Source: Candidatus Moraniibacteriota bacterium (GTDB taxonomy: Bacteria; Patescibacteriota; Minisyncoccia; Moranbacterales; UBA1568). Taken from it: a stretch of DNA of 64,000 nucleotides. Below are positions 1-9,591 of the stretch, in pieces. Each line of letters begins with the position of its first letter. Within the stretch, counting starts at the first letter, position 1. A model generated the notes under the pieces. That model was not told the DNA's origin and searched no databases. It worked only from the letters and a program-made list of their open reading frames with translations. The DNA is taken from the NCBI GenBank assembly GCA_018499985.2, contig JAHBAT020000003.1:5622-69621 (forward strand). Reading direction: 5' to 3'. The position numbers and the translations under genes were made by a program.

Positions 1-347
1 GTAATCAAAATATCTGCCATATTAATATGACTCCTGATAAACGGTAGAGTGATATAGTCCAAAACACATCCAAAGGTTATTCTTTCAAAAATGTTCGCTA
101 CACCAGCTACCAAAAGTATACTAAAGATGACTCGTAGGGAGAAATGTTGACTTTTAAAAAGAAAAAAGCCAATCAACACAAAGAGGAATAATCCTAAAAA
201 TAAGAATCCTTTTGAATACTCAAAGAAACCAAAGCCTATTTTGGTATTACAGAAAAACTCACCCTGCAAGAAAATACGGATACCGATAAGAAAACAAAAA
301 AGGAAAAAGGACCCTATAAATAGAAGCCCTTTTTGATACAAACTCAT
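1..347 (-). CDS. lspA: Signal peptidase II (LspA)-like membrane protein, truncated by the window edge
   Basis: Manual translation from ATG 347 gives a hydrophobic ORF with FCNTKIGFG, ANIFERITFGCVLDYI and HINMADILI, matching LspA N..D/ER...G.V.D and N.AD motifs; not in the ORF track because it runs off the edge. Confidence 0.75.
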   Translation of the reverse strand, partial: MSLYQKGLLFIGSFFLFCFLIGIRIFLQGEFFCNTKIGFGFFEYSKGFLFLGLFLFVLIGFFLFKSQHFSLRVIFSILLVAGVANIFERITFGCVLDYITLPFIRSHINMADILI

Positions 348-350
348 AAC

Positions 351-704
351 TTAGGCAGCCTTTACAACAGTTCTTGCCTGAGGGTAAATACGCAATCTTT
401 CTTCACTAATCATTTCACCGGTCTCTTCACAAACTCCGTAGCTTCCTGTCTCTAGTTTTTCGAGAGCATCCAGTACATCCTTGAGTTGAGACTCTAGATT
501 TGCCTCCAAAGCAATATCATCTACATACTGCTCTACTTCAGACGCCTGCTCATCTTCATCAGATCCCATGTCTTGAAACTGGGTTGTGTAACTTCCTTCT
601 GTATCATTGGCTTTCGTAAATCTGAGCAGCTCCTGAGAGAGTCTTTGTTTTTCTTCTAAGAGTTTTTCTTTTACTTCTCCCAAAAATTCATTGCTATATG
701 TCAT
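351..704 (-). CDS. TraR/DksA family transcription factor
   Basis: Coiled coil with acidic tip DEDEQA and C-terminal GSYGVCEETGEMISEERLRIYPQART; start trimmed to ATG 704 (MTYSNE). Confidence 0.85.
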   Translation of the reverse strand: MTYSNEFLGEVKEKLLEEKQRLSQELLRFTKANDTEGSYTTQFQDMGSDEDEQASEVEQYVDDIALEANLESQLKDVLDALEKLETGSYGVCEETGEMISEERLRIYPQARTVVKAA

Positions 705-752
705 AGTATTATTATCAATTACCTCTAGTATAGGATAAATCAAGACTTTTGT

Positions 753-1145
753 CTAAATAAAGATGCTTTCAATGTGCTTAACAAAAGCTTTTTTTTCAGT
801 TTCATTATAGAGAACACTGACAGCATCAAACTGATACGGTTTATTTTCCAGTCTTTTTTGTTTTAAATATACTTGCGCTATTTTACTGAGTTTATGCAGT
901 TTTTGCTTATTGATATTCGCCTCAGGCAAAACTGTCATATCCCCTAAAAATCTTCTTGTTTTCACTTCTACAAATATAATTCTTTCTCTAAAACAAGCTA
1001 CTATATCAATCTCGCCCAAACGCACCCCTCGTGTATTTGAGAAGTTTCTTTCCAAGATTTTATAGCCCTTCTTTTGTAAGAAGCGACAGGCAATTTCTTC
1101 ACCGTAGACACCTATTTTTAAGTTTTTTGGCTTATTTTGAGCCAT
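753..1145 (-). CDS. yraN: YraN/UPF0102 family PD-(D/E)XK nuclease-like protein
   Basis: GVYGEEIACRFLQKKGYKILERNF, GEIDIV, IFVEVKTR and QFDAVSV motifs; likely start ATG 1145. Confidence 0.9.
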   Translation of the reverse strand: MAQNKPKNLKIGVYGEEIACRFLQKKGYKILERNFSNTRGVRLGEIDIVACFRERIIFVEVKTRRFLGDMTVLPEANINKQKLHKLSKIAQVYLKQKRLENKPYQFDAVSVLYNETEKKAFVKHIESIFI

Positions 1146-1163
1146 AAAAAGGAATTTTGGTAT

Positions 1164-1680
1164 AAAAAAAACCCTTACGGGGAGATGTTGGTGCCGGGCG
1201 CACACGAGGCCCGATATAAATAATATTGGCTGTGGCGCCCAGCTTGCATGTGCCAACAGATCTGGCGGTTATTGTACTCCGGGTGAGAGAGCGCAAGATA
1301 ACACATACCATGTCTGTATTTTGTGCAAATGCGTATTCATAGTTGTCCTAACTTTTCAACTACTTTTTTCCTTTTCACCATTCTCTGGGACGAACCCTTT
1401 AGAGATTTTTTTGAAAGAACAATTTTTTGATTTTTTTATTTGTTTTTCTCCTCATTTTTATTATGTTACAAGGAGTGGATATCACTTTGTGATTCCTTTT
1501 TTTATTTTTGTTTTAGGTCTCCGTGTTAGGACGGAGCGGCTCCATACATTGATGTAGCGCTTGAACAGTGAAAGGCAGCCTCCTTACAATCCTTTGATGT
1601 GATTCTAAAGGATTGCCTTTCACCATTCACTCTAAACTGAGAAATGGTTGGGAAATTTTTAAGGTTCAACACTCACTTAC
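1164..1680 (-). ncRNA. Candidate ~500-nt structured non-coding or leader transcript
   Basis: Lies between a consensus promoter (1687-1715) and a hairpin+T8 terminator (1164-1182); several long stems whose non-WC pairs are G-U only on the - strand. Confidence 0.45.
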
Positions 1681-1686
1681 AAATCA

Positions 1687-1715
1687 ATTATAGCAGAAAA
1701 AATAGCTCGAGTCAA
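1687..1715 (-). promoter_or_regulatory. Sigma70-type promoter TTGACT-17-TATAAT with extended -10 TG
   Basis: Reverse complement reads TTGACT CGAGCTATTTTTTCTGC TATAAT. Confidence 0.8.
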
Positions 1716-1851
1716 TCCATATCCTTCTCTTTTCTTTTTACTAAAGCTTTTTTTATTTTTTGCATGCACATATATACTTTTTCTCTATAAGAGACAAAAA
1801 AAGAAAGTAAATTACTTTCTTTTTTTCTTTATTTTTGTTTTAAATAAGGCT

Positions 1852-2952
1852 TTATTTTACACCTGCATCAAATGTTTTACGTGCCACTTCTTTGCTATTG
1901 CCAATATAAAGTAATTTATTTTGAATAATATAATCAAATGAATACATTTTTTCTGGAGCAACATTTGCATAACGCACAGGAAAATTATTGTAGGTACCTG
2001 TACCAAAAGTAACTGCTACCGGCAACGTCGTATCCGCTGAATACAGAAGCGGCGCAAATATCTGAGGCAAGGTGCTCTCTATTGTGGCGATTACTTCATT
2101 TGGTTTTTCTATCTCTTCTTTAAACTTAAGGGCGAGACCCATACGCATTTGTCCATTGTCATTATAAAGGACAATATTGAAGTCTTCATCAAGAGATGAG
2201 AGGAAGGCTTCTGGTACTTTAAGATCTACCAAAAACACAAAACGGCTAAATGCTAGCGGTATATTATTTTCATCAGTCACCTGAAAAGAGATTGGCTCCG
2301 CTACACTTGCCTCTTGTATTTTTAGGGCACTCTCCTGTATTTGGGCCGTTACACTCTCTTTTGTGGCTGTTTCTGTGCTCAGAGAAAGGTAGTTTGCACG
2401 ATCAACAGAAAACGGATTAGTGGCTAAAGGTGGCACTACTGGCACTTCTGTTTGTTTTTCTTCCACTGGTACTTCTAACGCCTCTTTTTCAGCAATAGCT
2501 GTATCTTTTACCTTTTCTAAATAGAAATATACTCCCATGATGAGGGCGAGTGCGACTCCTATAATCGAGCCTATAATTACTACTTTTGAAGAGTGCTCTT
2601 TCTTTTCATATGAGTTGCCATCGGCCTCTCTTGGGGCTAGAGGAGGCATTGGGGCTGGTTCAAGTGAATTCTGTGCTGAAGCAAAGTCAGGACTTACAGC
2701 ATTCGGAACAGCTACCGTGTCCATTTCCCCTGTTTCTAAGGGTAAATTTGATGGTACCGTACTATTGCTCTGCACAAAAGGGTTTGATACTGGATTTTCT
2801 TGGTGAGGCAATTCTTTTCCTTGTGATGCCTGAGCGGTACTTTGACCCAAAGCTGATGGGGCCTTTTCTCCCATGATTCTTACTTGTGAAAGAATATCTG
2901 GGGTAATAGTTCCGCTTGAAGGTGTTTCTTTTTGTTTATCAAAAAATGACAT
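1852..2952 (-). CDS. Hypothetical single-pass membrane protein with a low-complexity N-terminus
   Basis: 366-aa ORF with one TM segment VVIIGSIIGVALALIMGVYFYL. Confidence 0.75.
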   Translation of the reverse strand: MSFFDKQKETPSSGTITPDILSQVRIMGEKAPSALGQSTAQASQGKELPHQENPVSNPFVQSNSTVPSNLPLETGEMDTVAVPNAVSPDFASAQNSLEPAPMPPLAPREADGNSYEKKEHSSKVVIIGSIIGVALALIMGVYFYLEKVKDTAIAEKEALEVPVEEKQTEVPVVPPLATNPFSVDRANYLSLSTETATKESVTAQIQESALKIQEASVAEPISFQVTDENNIPLAFSRFVFLVDLKVPEAFLSSLDEDFNIVLYNDNGQMRMGLALKFKEEIEKPNEVIATIESTLPQIFAPLLYSADTTLPVAVTFGTGTYNNFPVRYANVAPEKMYSFDYIIQNKLLYIGNSKEVARKTFDAGVK

Positions 2953-2976
2953 ATTTGTTTCGCTCTATTCTAAGTA

Positions 2977-3000
2977 AAAAGGGAGCTCATGCTCCCTTTT
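2977..3000 (-). terminator. Intrinsic terminator after pnp
   Basis: AAAAGGGAGC-TCAT-GCTCCCTTTT inverted repeat. Confidence 0.75.
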
Positions 3001-3028
3001 AGTATACTCTATTTTGAAGAAGAAACAA

Positions 3029-5131
3029 TTACGCTTTTTCTTTTAGTGCTTTCATAGAAAGATTAATTCTTCCCTGTGAGTCAATCTCTTTCACGAGCAC
3101 CCTTACTCGATCACCTACCGCTACAATATCCTCTACCTTTTCCACTCTTTCATGGGCAAGCTCAGAAATATGAATCAAACCCTCTTGATTTGGTAGCACC
3201 TCAGCAAAAGCTCCGAAAGCCATAATTTTTGTGATACGAGCATCAAAAATTTCACCTGCTTTGGCTTCTCTTGTGATACCTTCAATCCAAGCCACTGCCT
3301 TGGCTCCGCCCTCACCGTCTGGAGCAGTAATAAAGACTGATCCATCGTCCTCGATATCAATAGCGACACCGGTTTCGTCAATAATTTGGTTGATCATCTT
3401 GCCACCAGGCCCAATCACATCACGAATCTTTTCTGGATTAATGTGAAGAGTGATAATTCGTGGAGCAAATGGTGACAAGTCTTTACGTGGAGCCTCTATT
3501 GCCTCCATCATTTTGCCCATGATAAACATTCTCCCTTCTTTTGCCTGACGAATAGCCTCCTTGAGCATACTTGGAGTTAGTCCATCAATTTTCACATCCA
3601 TCTGCATAGCAGTAATACCCTCTGTTGTTCCAGCTACCTTGAAGTCCATATCACCATAGTGATCCTCAAGTCCCTGAATATCAGAAAGCACTTTAAATTC
3701 ACCAGCTTCTCCAGTAATAACACCCATGGCAATACCTGCTACTGGACGCTTAATTGGTACACCGGCATCCATAAGAGACAGGGTAGAGCCACATGTAGAA
3801 GCCATCGAGGAAGATCCATTTGACTCCAAAACCTCAGATACTAAGAGGATAGTGTATGGGAAATCCTCTTTACTTGGCAAAACTGGCACCAAAGCCTTTT
3901 CCGCTAACGCTCCGTGGCCTATTTCACGACGACCTGGTCCTCGCATTGGACGCACTTCTCCCACAGAATACGGGGGAAAATTATAGAAGTGCATATAGCG
4001 CTTCTTCATATCTACTTCCATAGTATCAACTACCATTTCATCACCAGGCGCACCGAGAGTAGTAACCGTCAAAGCCTGTGTTTCTCCGCGGGTAAAGAGT
4101 CCCGTCCCATGTGTTCTCGGAAGGAGTCCTACCTTTGTAGTAATAGTACGAATTTCATGCAAACCTCTACCGTCAGGGCGAGCATCATGCTTCAAAATCT
4201 TCTCATGCACCACTTCGTCAGCAAATTCATCGCTTACCAAAGCCAAGATTTCATTAAGATTCTTTTCTTCCGCAAACTGTTCGCTCGCACGCTTACGAAG
4301 CTCTTCATTGATTTCGGAAACCTTTGATTCCATGGCCTTTTTTGGAAGAAGATACAGCGCCTCACCCAATCCAAGCTCTTCACACCAAGTACGGATAGCT
4401 GTTTCAAATTCATGACTCCCTACCAAAAGAGCTGCCTCACGCTTTGGCTTACCTACTTCTTTTTGGATACCGCTGATAAAGTCTGTGATTTTCTGGATAG
4501 CTTCAAAAGCAAACTCAAAAGCCTCCCCCATTTGCTCTTCTGTTATTTCTTGCGCTCCTGCTTCAATCATGTTGATTTTATCGTGCGTACCAGAAACCAA
4601 AAGATCAAGTTTACTTCCTCCACGCTCGGCTTTCTTCGGGTTAAGGATAAAGCCTTCTTCGGTCAATCCTACACGTACTGCAGCAATTGGACCGGCCCAA
4701 GGTATATCAGAGAGAGTCAGTGCGGCTGAAGCAGCAATCATAGCTACTAAGTCAGTATCATTTTCACCATCAAAAGAAAGTACCGTGGTAATCACTTGCA
4801 CCTCATTGCGCATACGACTATTAAACAGCGGCCGCACCGTACGATCTACTGCACGACCAGAAAGGACTGAGTCATCTGATGGACGACCTTCACGTTTGAT
4901 AAAACGTGAGCCCTTAATTTTTCCAGCGGCATAGTAGCGTTCTTCGAAATCAACCATCAAAGGGAAATAGCCTGTGATACGAGACATTTCCTTACTCATG
5001 ACAGCTGTAGCCAAAACTACGGTGTCACCATAACGCACCGTCACTGAGCCATTGGCTTGTTTAGCCAAAGTACCTGTTTCGATAGTGAGCTCCCGCCCGC
5101 CTAAAGAAAGGGTAAAACTTTTCTCTTGCAT
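3029..5131 (-). CDS. pnp: Polyribonucleotide nucleotidyltransferase (PNPase)
   Basis: Two RNase PH domains (RREIGHG, SNGSSSMAS, DHYGDMDFKVAGT) plus KH and S1 domains; start trimmed to ATG 5131. Confidence 0.98.
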   Translation of the reverse strand: MQEKSFTLSLGGRELTIETGTLAKQANGSVTVRYGDTVVLATAVMSKEMSRITGYFPLMVDFEERYYAAGKIKGSRFIKREGRPSDDSVLSGRAVDRTVRPLFNSRMRNEVQVITTVLSFDGENDTDLVAMIAASAALTLSDIPWAGPIAAVRVGLTEEGFILNPKKAERGGSKLDLLVSGTHDKINMIEAGAQEITEEQMGEAFEFAFEAIQKITDFISGIQKEVGKPKREAALLVGSHEFETAIRTWCEELGLGEALYLLPKKAMESKVSEINEELRKRASEQFAEEKNLNEILALVSDEFADEVVHEKILKHDARPDGRGLHEIRTITTKVGLLPRTHGTGLFTRGETQALTVTTLGAPGDEMVVDTMEVDMKKRYMHFYNFPPYSVGEVRPMRGPGRREIGHGALAEKALVPVLPSKEDFPYTILLVSEVLESNGSSSMASTCGSTLSLMDAGVPIKRPVAGIAMGVITGEAGEFKVLSDIQGLEDHYGDMDFKVAGTTEGITAMQMDVKIDGLTPSMLKEAIRQAKEGRMFIMGKMMEAIEAPRKDLSPFAPRIITLHINPEKIRDVIGPGGKMINQIIDETGVAIDIEDDGSVFITAPDGEGGAKAVAWIEGITREAKAGEIFDARITKIMAFGAFAEVLPNQEGLIHISELAHERVEKVEDIVAVGDRVRVLVKEIDSQGRINLSMKALKEKA

Positions 5132-5293
5132 ACTTTTTCTACTCAAATGAGCAGTCTATACACACACGTCTTAACCTATTGATAAGCATAGGATGAGACG
5201 TGTAGTTACAAACTGTCCACTGAGCTTATAATGAATTACTCTTCTACTCTGTCAAATATACTCTCAACTGTCAAAAGTCTCTCATTTTATACA

Positions 5294-5791
5294 CTAAATG
5301 AGAAACTTTCTTTTATCACTTGATAAATTGAAAAAATCATCTGCTACTTCTAGAAGCTTTTGGCTTGATGACTCAGCAAAAGCCACTACTTCTACACGGC
5401 AAGCAAAGGTATTTTGAATGTATTCAGCCAAAGATACGTAATCTCCGTCACCAGAGACAAGTACAATAACATCTACCTTTTGAGCCATTTTGATAGCATC
5501 TACTGCTATTCCGACATCCCAATCACCCTTCTTAGAGCCGTCTGGAAAAATCTGAAGATCTTTGGTCTTCACTTCATAACCTGCTTTTTCTAAGGCCTCA
5601 AAAAATTTATCTTCTGTTGCTTCTGCCGTACTAATACCATAAGCAATTGCTCGAATAAGCTTACGTTCAGCCACGCTTGCACTGAGTACGTTCTTGAAAT
5701 TCACTCGCTTATTATAGAGTACTCGAGCGCTATAGTAGAGATTAGAAATATCCACAAGCACTCCTACTCTTTGATCTAAAAATTTTGCCAT
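5294..5791 (-). CDS. NYN domain protein (LabA/DUF88, PIN-like fold)
   Basis: VDISNLY, KGDWDVGIAVD, LVSGDGDY motifs. Confidence 0.9.
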   Translation of the reverse strand: MAKFLDQRVGVLVDISNLYYSARVLYNKRVNFKNVLSASVAERKLIRAIAYGISTAEATEDKFFEALEKAGYEVKTKDLQIFPDGSKKGDWDVGIAVDAIKMAQKVDVIVLVSGDGDYVSLAEYIQNTFACRVEVVAFAESSSQKLLEVADDFFNLSSDKRKFLI

Positions 5792-5872
5792 AGTATAAAA
5801 AATTATTGCCCTATAAAATACCTCCGTTTAAAAAAGATAAGCCCGGAATAAAGCTCCGGGCTTACAACTAAC

Positions 5873-6139
5873 CTATTTGAGTCCAAGTTTTTTGGTAATT
5901 TCTTTGTACGCTTTTTCGTTGGTAGACTTGAGGTATGTCAACAACTTCTTGCGCTTAGCTACCATCTTTAGAAGCCCTCGACGTGAATGAAAATCCTTAC
6001 TGTTCTTTTTCAAATGAATGGTCAACTTGCGAATTTGCTCAGTAAAAAGAGCAATTTGATAGGCTGATGAGCCAGTATCTTTATCGTGAAGCTTAACTTC
6101 TTTAGTAACCTTTTCCTTTTGTTTGTTGGTCAGCGCCAT
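5873..6139 (-). CDS. rpsO: 30S ribosomal protein S15
   Basis: DTGSSAYQIA, KDFHSRRGLLKMVAKRKKLL. Confidence 0.98.
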   Translation of the reverse strand: MALTNKQKEKVTKEVKLHDKDTGSSAYQIALFTEQIRKLTIHLKKNSKDFHSRRGLLKMVAKRKKLLTYLKSTNEKAYKEITKKLGLK

Positions 6140-6149
6140 ATAACATGTG

Positions 6150-6193
6150 TCAGCAAGCTATTCGTTACTCAAAAGAGGAACCAGTAGCTGCTC
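6150..6193 (-). promoter_or_regulatory. Structured 5' leader of rpsO, possible S15 autoregulatory element
   Basis: AGCAGCTA...TAGCTTGCT stem with an inner hairpin just upstream of the start codon; S15 leaders are known in many phyla. Confidence 0.4.
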
Positions 6194-6277
6194 AATATAA
6201 AAATTAACAAAACTTACTATAGCACATTTTTGATTTTTAGCAAATCTTGGTCTGAAGTAAGGGATGTGTTTTATCCC

Positions 6278-6727
6278 CTACTCCAGATGTCCAAGCCAGA
6301 AATGCCATACCCTGAGAAGATCTTCTGTACCATGACGACCTTTTTCCAAGAGCTCTCCCTCGGAAATAAACCCGTACGGATTATACTCCTCTCCACCATG
6401 AGAGCCCACAAAAGGTACTCTTGGTAATTCCAGAAGGGTGGCCTGGTAAAGAAAAACTGATGTTATTTGATGCCTTTCAGCAAAAACATACTTACCTATA
6501 TAGAGAGGTGCTGTCGTCACTATAACCCCGTGAGCATCCACCTCCTCCACATACAAACGCCTTATCGCATCTTCATGACGCTCTCCGGCATTCATGGTTT
6601 CCAAAGGAATGGAAAGGTCTCCGGCATTTTTACTGACCACCCCCCTCTTCATCACCAGCTCTTCTATTGCATAGAACTCCCTCTCTTTATTCAGGAGGAA
6701 GAGGCCTACGCCATTTATCTTCCGCAT
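6278..6727 (-). CDS. NUDIX-fold hydrolase with a divergent Nudix box
   Basis: GVGLFLLN...LSIPLETMNAGERHEDAIRRLYVEEV; own promoter (TTGACA-17-TAGAGT) and SD GAGGAGG. Confidence 0.65.
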   Translation of the reverse strand: MRKINGVGLFLLNKEREFYAIEELVMKRGVVSKNAGDLSIPLETMNAGERHEDAIRRLYVEEVDAHGVIVTTAPLYIGKYVFAERHQITSVFLYQATLLELPRVPFVGSHGGEEYNPYGFISEGELLEKGRHGTEDLLRVWHFWLGHLE

Positions 6728-6789
6728 CTCATCCTCCTCTGATTTGGACCAGATAACTCTAGCTGTTCTTTTTCAAACTGTCAAAAAGG

Positions 6790-9246
6790 CTAAGATTGAA
6801 GAAAAGTAAAGTCCGCTACACTGTCACCTGCTTGAGGTTTCATCACTCGAACACCTTGGGTTACTCGCCCAAGAAGCGGTACGCTTTTCATCGGAATGCG
6901 GATAATAGTACCCTTGTGAGAAGTCATGATCAAATCTCCTTCAAGACTTTCTCCGTGAGTTACCAAGGCACCTACCAAATCACCGGTCTTTGGAGTCACC
7001 TTCATTGTTTTCATACCACTGCCGCCACGCTTCTGAACCTTAAACTGCTTAAGTCCAGTGCGTTTACCGTATCCATTCTGTGAAAGTACGAGTAACTCCT
7101 GATCTTTGGCGTCTTTAGAAATAATATCCATGGCCACCACGCAATCCTTAGCATCTTTGAGTTTAATACCCCTGACACCGAGAGCACTTCTTCCCATCGG
7201 ACGCACATCACTTTCCTTAAAACGAATAGCTTGTCCGTCTGCTGTCGTCATTACCACATCGTCCGTACCTGTGGTTGGACTTACCCAAGAAAGCACGTCT
7301 CCTTTATCAAGATTAATAGCTATAAGCCCGCTACGGCGCACATTGTCAAAATCTTCAATTTTTGTTTTTTTGATGGTGCCGTTTTTTGTCGCCATGAAGA
7401 GGAATTTGTAGTCTCCATTTACAGCGTAAGAAATTACTGCTGTAATTTTTTCTTCCTGTGACATCTGAAGGAAGTTCACAATAGCCTGACCCCTTGCGGT
7501 GCGTGAAGACTCGGGGATTTCGTAAGCCTTTGTCTGAAATACTTTTCCGCTATCCGTAAAGAACATGAGATTATCGTGCGTATTAATAGAAAGCACCTTA
7601 GCAATACGATCTTCTTCCTTAGTAGTAGCGCCAATGACACCCTTACCACCACGCTTCTGGACACGATAGACATCAGGATTCATACGCTTGATATATCCAT
7701 CGACTGTCAAAGTAATGATAGCGTCTTCATTTGGAATAAGGTCTTCTTGCTTAAACTCTCCAATAGCACCTTTTACTACTTTTGTACGACGCTCATCTCC
7801 AAAGCGCTCGCCGAGTTCTTGAAGTTCACTTTTTACCAAACCAAGAATCTTACTGCGATGCTTCAAAAGATCTTCCAAGTAAGCAATCAATTTAAGCTTT
7901 TCAGCCAATTCATCTTCAATTTTTTTACGCTCAAGACCAGAAAGGGTCTGCAAACGCATTTCCAAAATAGCGGTTGTTTGTCTGTCAGAAAGCTTAAACT
8001 TCTTCATCAAGTTTGTATGTGCTTCTTCTTTGTTGGCAGACTTCTTGATAGTGGCAATAATCTCGTCAATATGATCAAGAGCAATCTTCAAGCCTTCGAG
8101 TATATGAGCTCTGTCTTTAGCTTTTCGTAATTCATACTCACTTCGACGAATCACCACCTTCTCTCGATGCACAATATAGTGCTCAAAAATACTCTTTAGC
8201 GTCAGGATTTGCGGTTCGCGTCCATCCACCAATGCCAAGGCGTTCATATTAAAATTCTTCTGTAAATCAGTCATCTGGTACAGTTTATTCAGCACTTTCT
8301 GAGGAAAAGCTTCTTTTTTAAGCTCAATCACAATGCGGACACCGTCTTTATCAGACTCATCACGAAGGTCCTTGATACCCTGAATTTTTTCTTCTTTTAC
8401 GAGATCAGCAATTTTGACAATCAGACTCGCCTTGTTCGTAGCGTAGGTCATTTCTGTTACCACAATCTGAAACTGACCTGCTTTTGCTTCTACAATATCC
8501 ACTTTGGCACGTGCTGTGATTGGCCCTCGTCCAGTAGCGTATGCCTCGCGAATGTCTTTTTGGTTATAGATAATTCCTCCTGTTGGATAGTCGGGACCTT
8601 TTACAAACTGCATCAGATCATCCACCGTAGCATCTGGGTTATCAATCAAATGACAGATTCCATCCACCAGCTCATTTAAGTTGTGCGGTGGAATATTTGT
8701 TGCCATACCCACAGCAATTCCCACCGTACCGTTCAAGAGGAGTTGTGGCAGCTTGGCAGGCAAAACAACTGGCTCTTCGTGCTCACCATCAAAGTTTGGG
8801 ATAAAGTCTACCGTATCCTTATCGATATCTACGAGCATCTCTTCGGCAATAGCCTTAAGCTTGGCTTCTGTATAACGGTAAGCAGCTGCACCATCACCAT
8901 CCATTGAGCCAAAGTTTCCTTGACCCCAAATAAGTGGATAACGCAAAGAAAAGTCTTGCGCCATACGTACCATTGTATCGTATACAGCTATATCACCGTG
9001 CGGGTGATACTTACCAAGTACTTCACCAACTACCGTAGCAGACTTACGGAAACGTGAGGTGGAACGTAGGCCTGTAGACCACATGGAGTAAAGAATTCTT
9101 CTATGTACTGGTTTTAGACCATCACGGACATCAGGCAGTGCTCGAGAAACGATAACGCTCATGGCATAGTCTAAATACGACTGCCTCATCTCTTCGGTCA
9201 AAGAGCGTGCCTCAATTTTTCCTCCGTTGTATATTTCTTCAGACAT
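6790..9246 (-). CDS. gyrA: DNA gyrase subunit A
   Basis: RALPDVRDGLKPVHRR, YHPHGD, AAAYRYTE and GyrA-box QKRGGKG. Confidence 0.98.
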   Translation of the reverse strand: MSEEIYNGGKIEARSLTEEMRQSYLDYAMSVIVSRALPDVRDGLKPVHRRILYSMWSTGLRSTSRFRKSATVVGEVLGKYHPHGDIAVYDTMVRMAQDFSLRYPLIWGQGNFGSMDGDGAAAYRYTEAKLKAIAEEMLVDIDKDTVDFIPNFDGEHEEPVVLPAKLPQLLLNGTVGIAVGMATNIPPHNLNELVDGICHLIDNPDATVDDLMQFVKGPDYPTGGIIYNQKDIREAYATGRGPITARAKVDIVEAKAGQFQIVVTEMTYATNKASLIVKIADLVKEEKIQGIKDLRDESDKDGVRIVIELKKEAFPQKVLNKLYQMTDLQKNFNMNALALVDGREPQILTLKSIFEHYIVHREKVVIRRSEYELRKAKDRAHILEGLKIALDHIDEIIATIKKSANKEEAHTNLMKKFKLSDRQTTAILEMRLQTLSGLERKKIEDELAEKLKLIAYLEDLLKHRSKILGLVKSELQELGERFGDERRTKVVKGAIGEFKQEDLIPNEDAIITLTVDGYIKRMNPDVYRVQKRGGKGVIGATTKEEDRIAKVLSINTHDNLMFFTDSGKVFQTKAYEIPESSRTARGQAIVNFLQMSQEEKITAVISYAVNGDYKFLFMATKNGTIKKTKIEDFDNVRRSGLIAINLDKGDVLSWVSPTTGTDDVVMTTADGQAIRFKESDVRPMGRSALGVRGIKLKDAKDCVVAMDIISKDAKDQELLVLSQNGYGKRTGLKQFKVQKRGGSGMKTMKVTPKTGDLVGALVTHGESLEGDLIMTSHKGTIIRIPMKSVPLLGRVTQGVRVMKPQAGDSVADFTFLQS

Positions 9247-9279
9247 AGTGTATGGGTAACTTACATTTCTTACTTGTTT

Positions 9280-9588
9280 TTATTGTTGAGATTCTGTTTC
9301 TTTTTTGAGAACCTCTTTGAGAGGATCTCCTTCGCCATTTTGATTCTGAATACGGAGCGGAATATCTTTATTCAGAAGTGACTCTAAAGATTGACCTTCT
9401 TCCATCTTGTTTTCGGGTAAAACAATTTTTGTTTTTGTTATTTCAGAAACGCTTTCTTTAAGAGAGAAAAGCCATATGACCAAAATAAAAAACATTGAGG
9501 CGAACAGGCAGATAAAAAGATAGCGCATGCGAACAGATTCTGGTTGCTCACGAATAAACTGAATTTTTTTCTCTAGCCTAGTCAACAT
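9280..9588 (-). CDS. Hypothetical single-TM protein
   Basis: 102-aa ORF tightly packed between neighbours on the same strand. Confidence 0.7.
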   Translation of the reverse strand: MLTRLEKKIQFIREQPESVRMRYLFICLFASMFFILVIWLFSLKESVSEITKTKIVLPENKMEEGQSLESLLNKDIPLRIQNQNGEGDPLKEVLKKETESQQ

Positions 9589-9591
9589 AGC

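Noticed and set aside
1321-1557. 78-aa Phe-rich + strand ORF
   Set aside because: It is a by-product of T-rich sequence antisense to the structured transcript, with a TTG start and no supporting signals.
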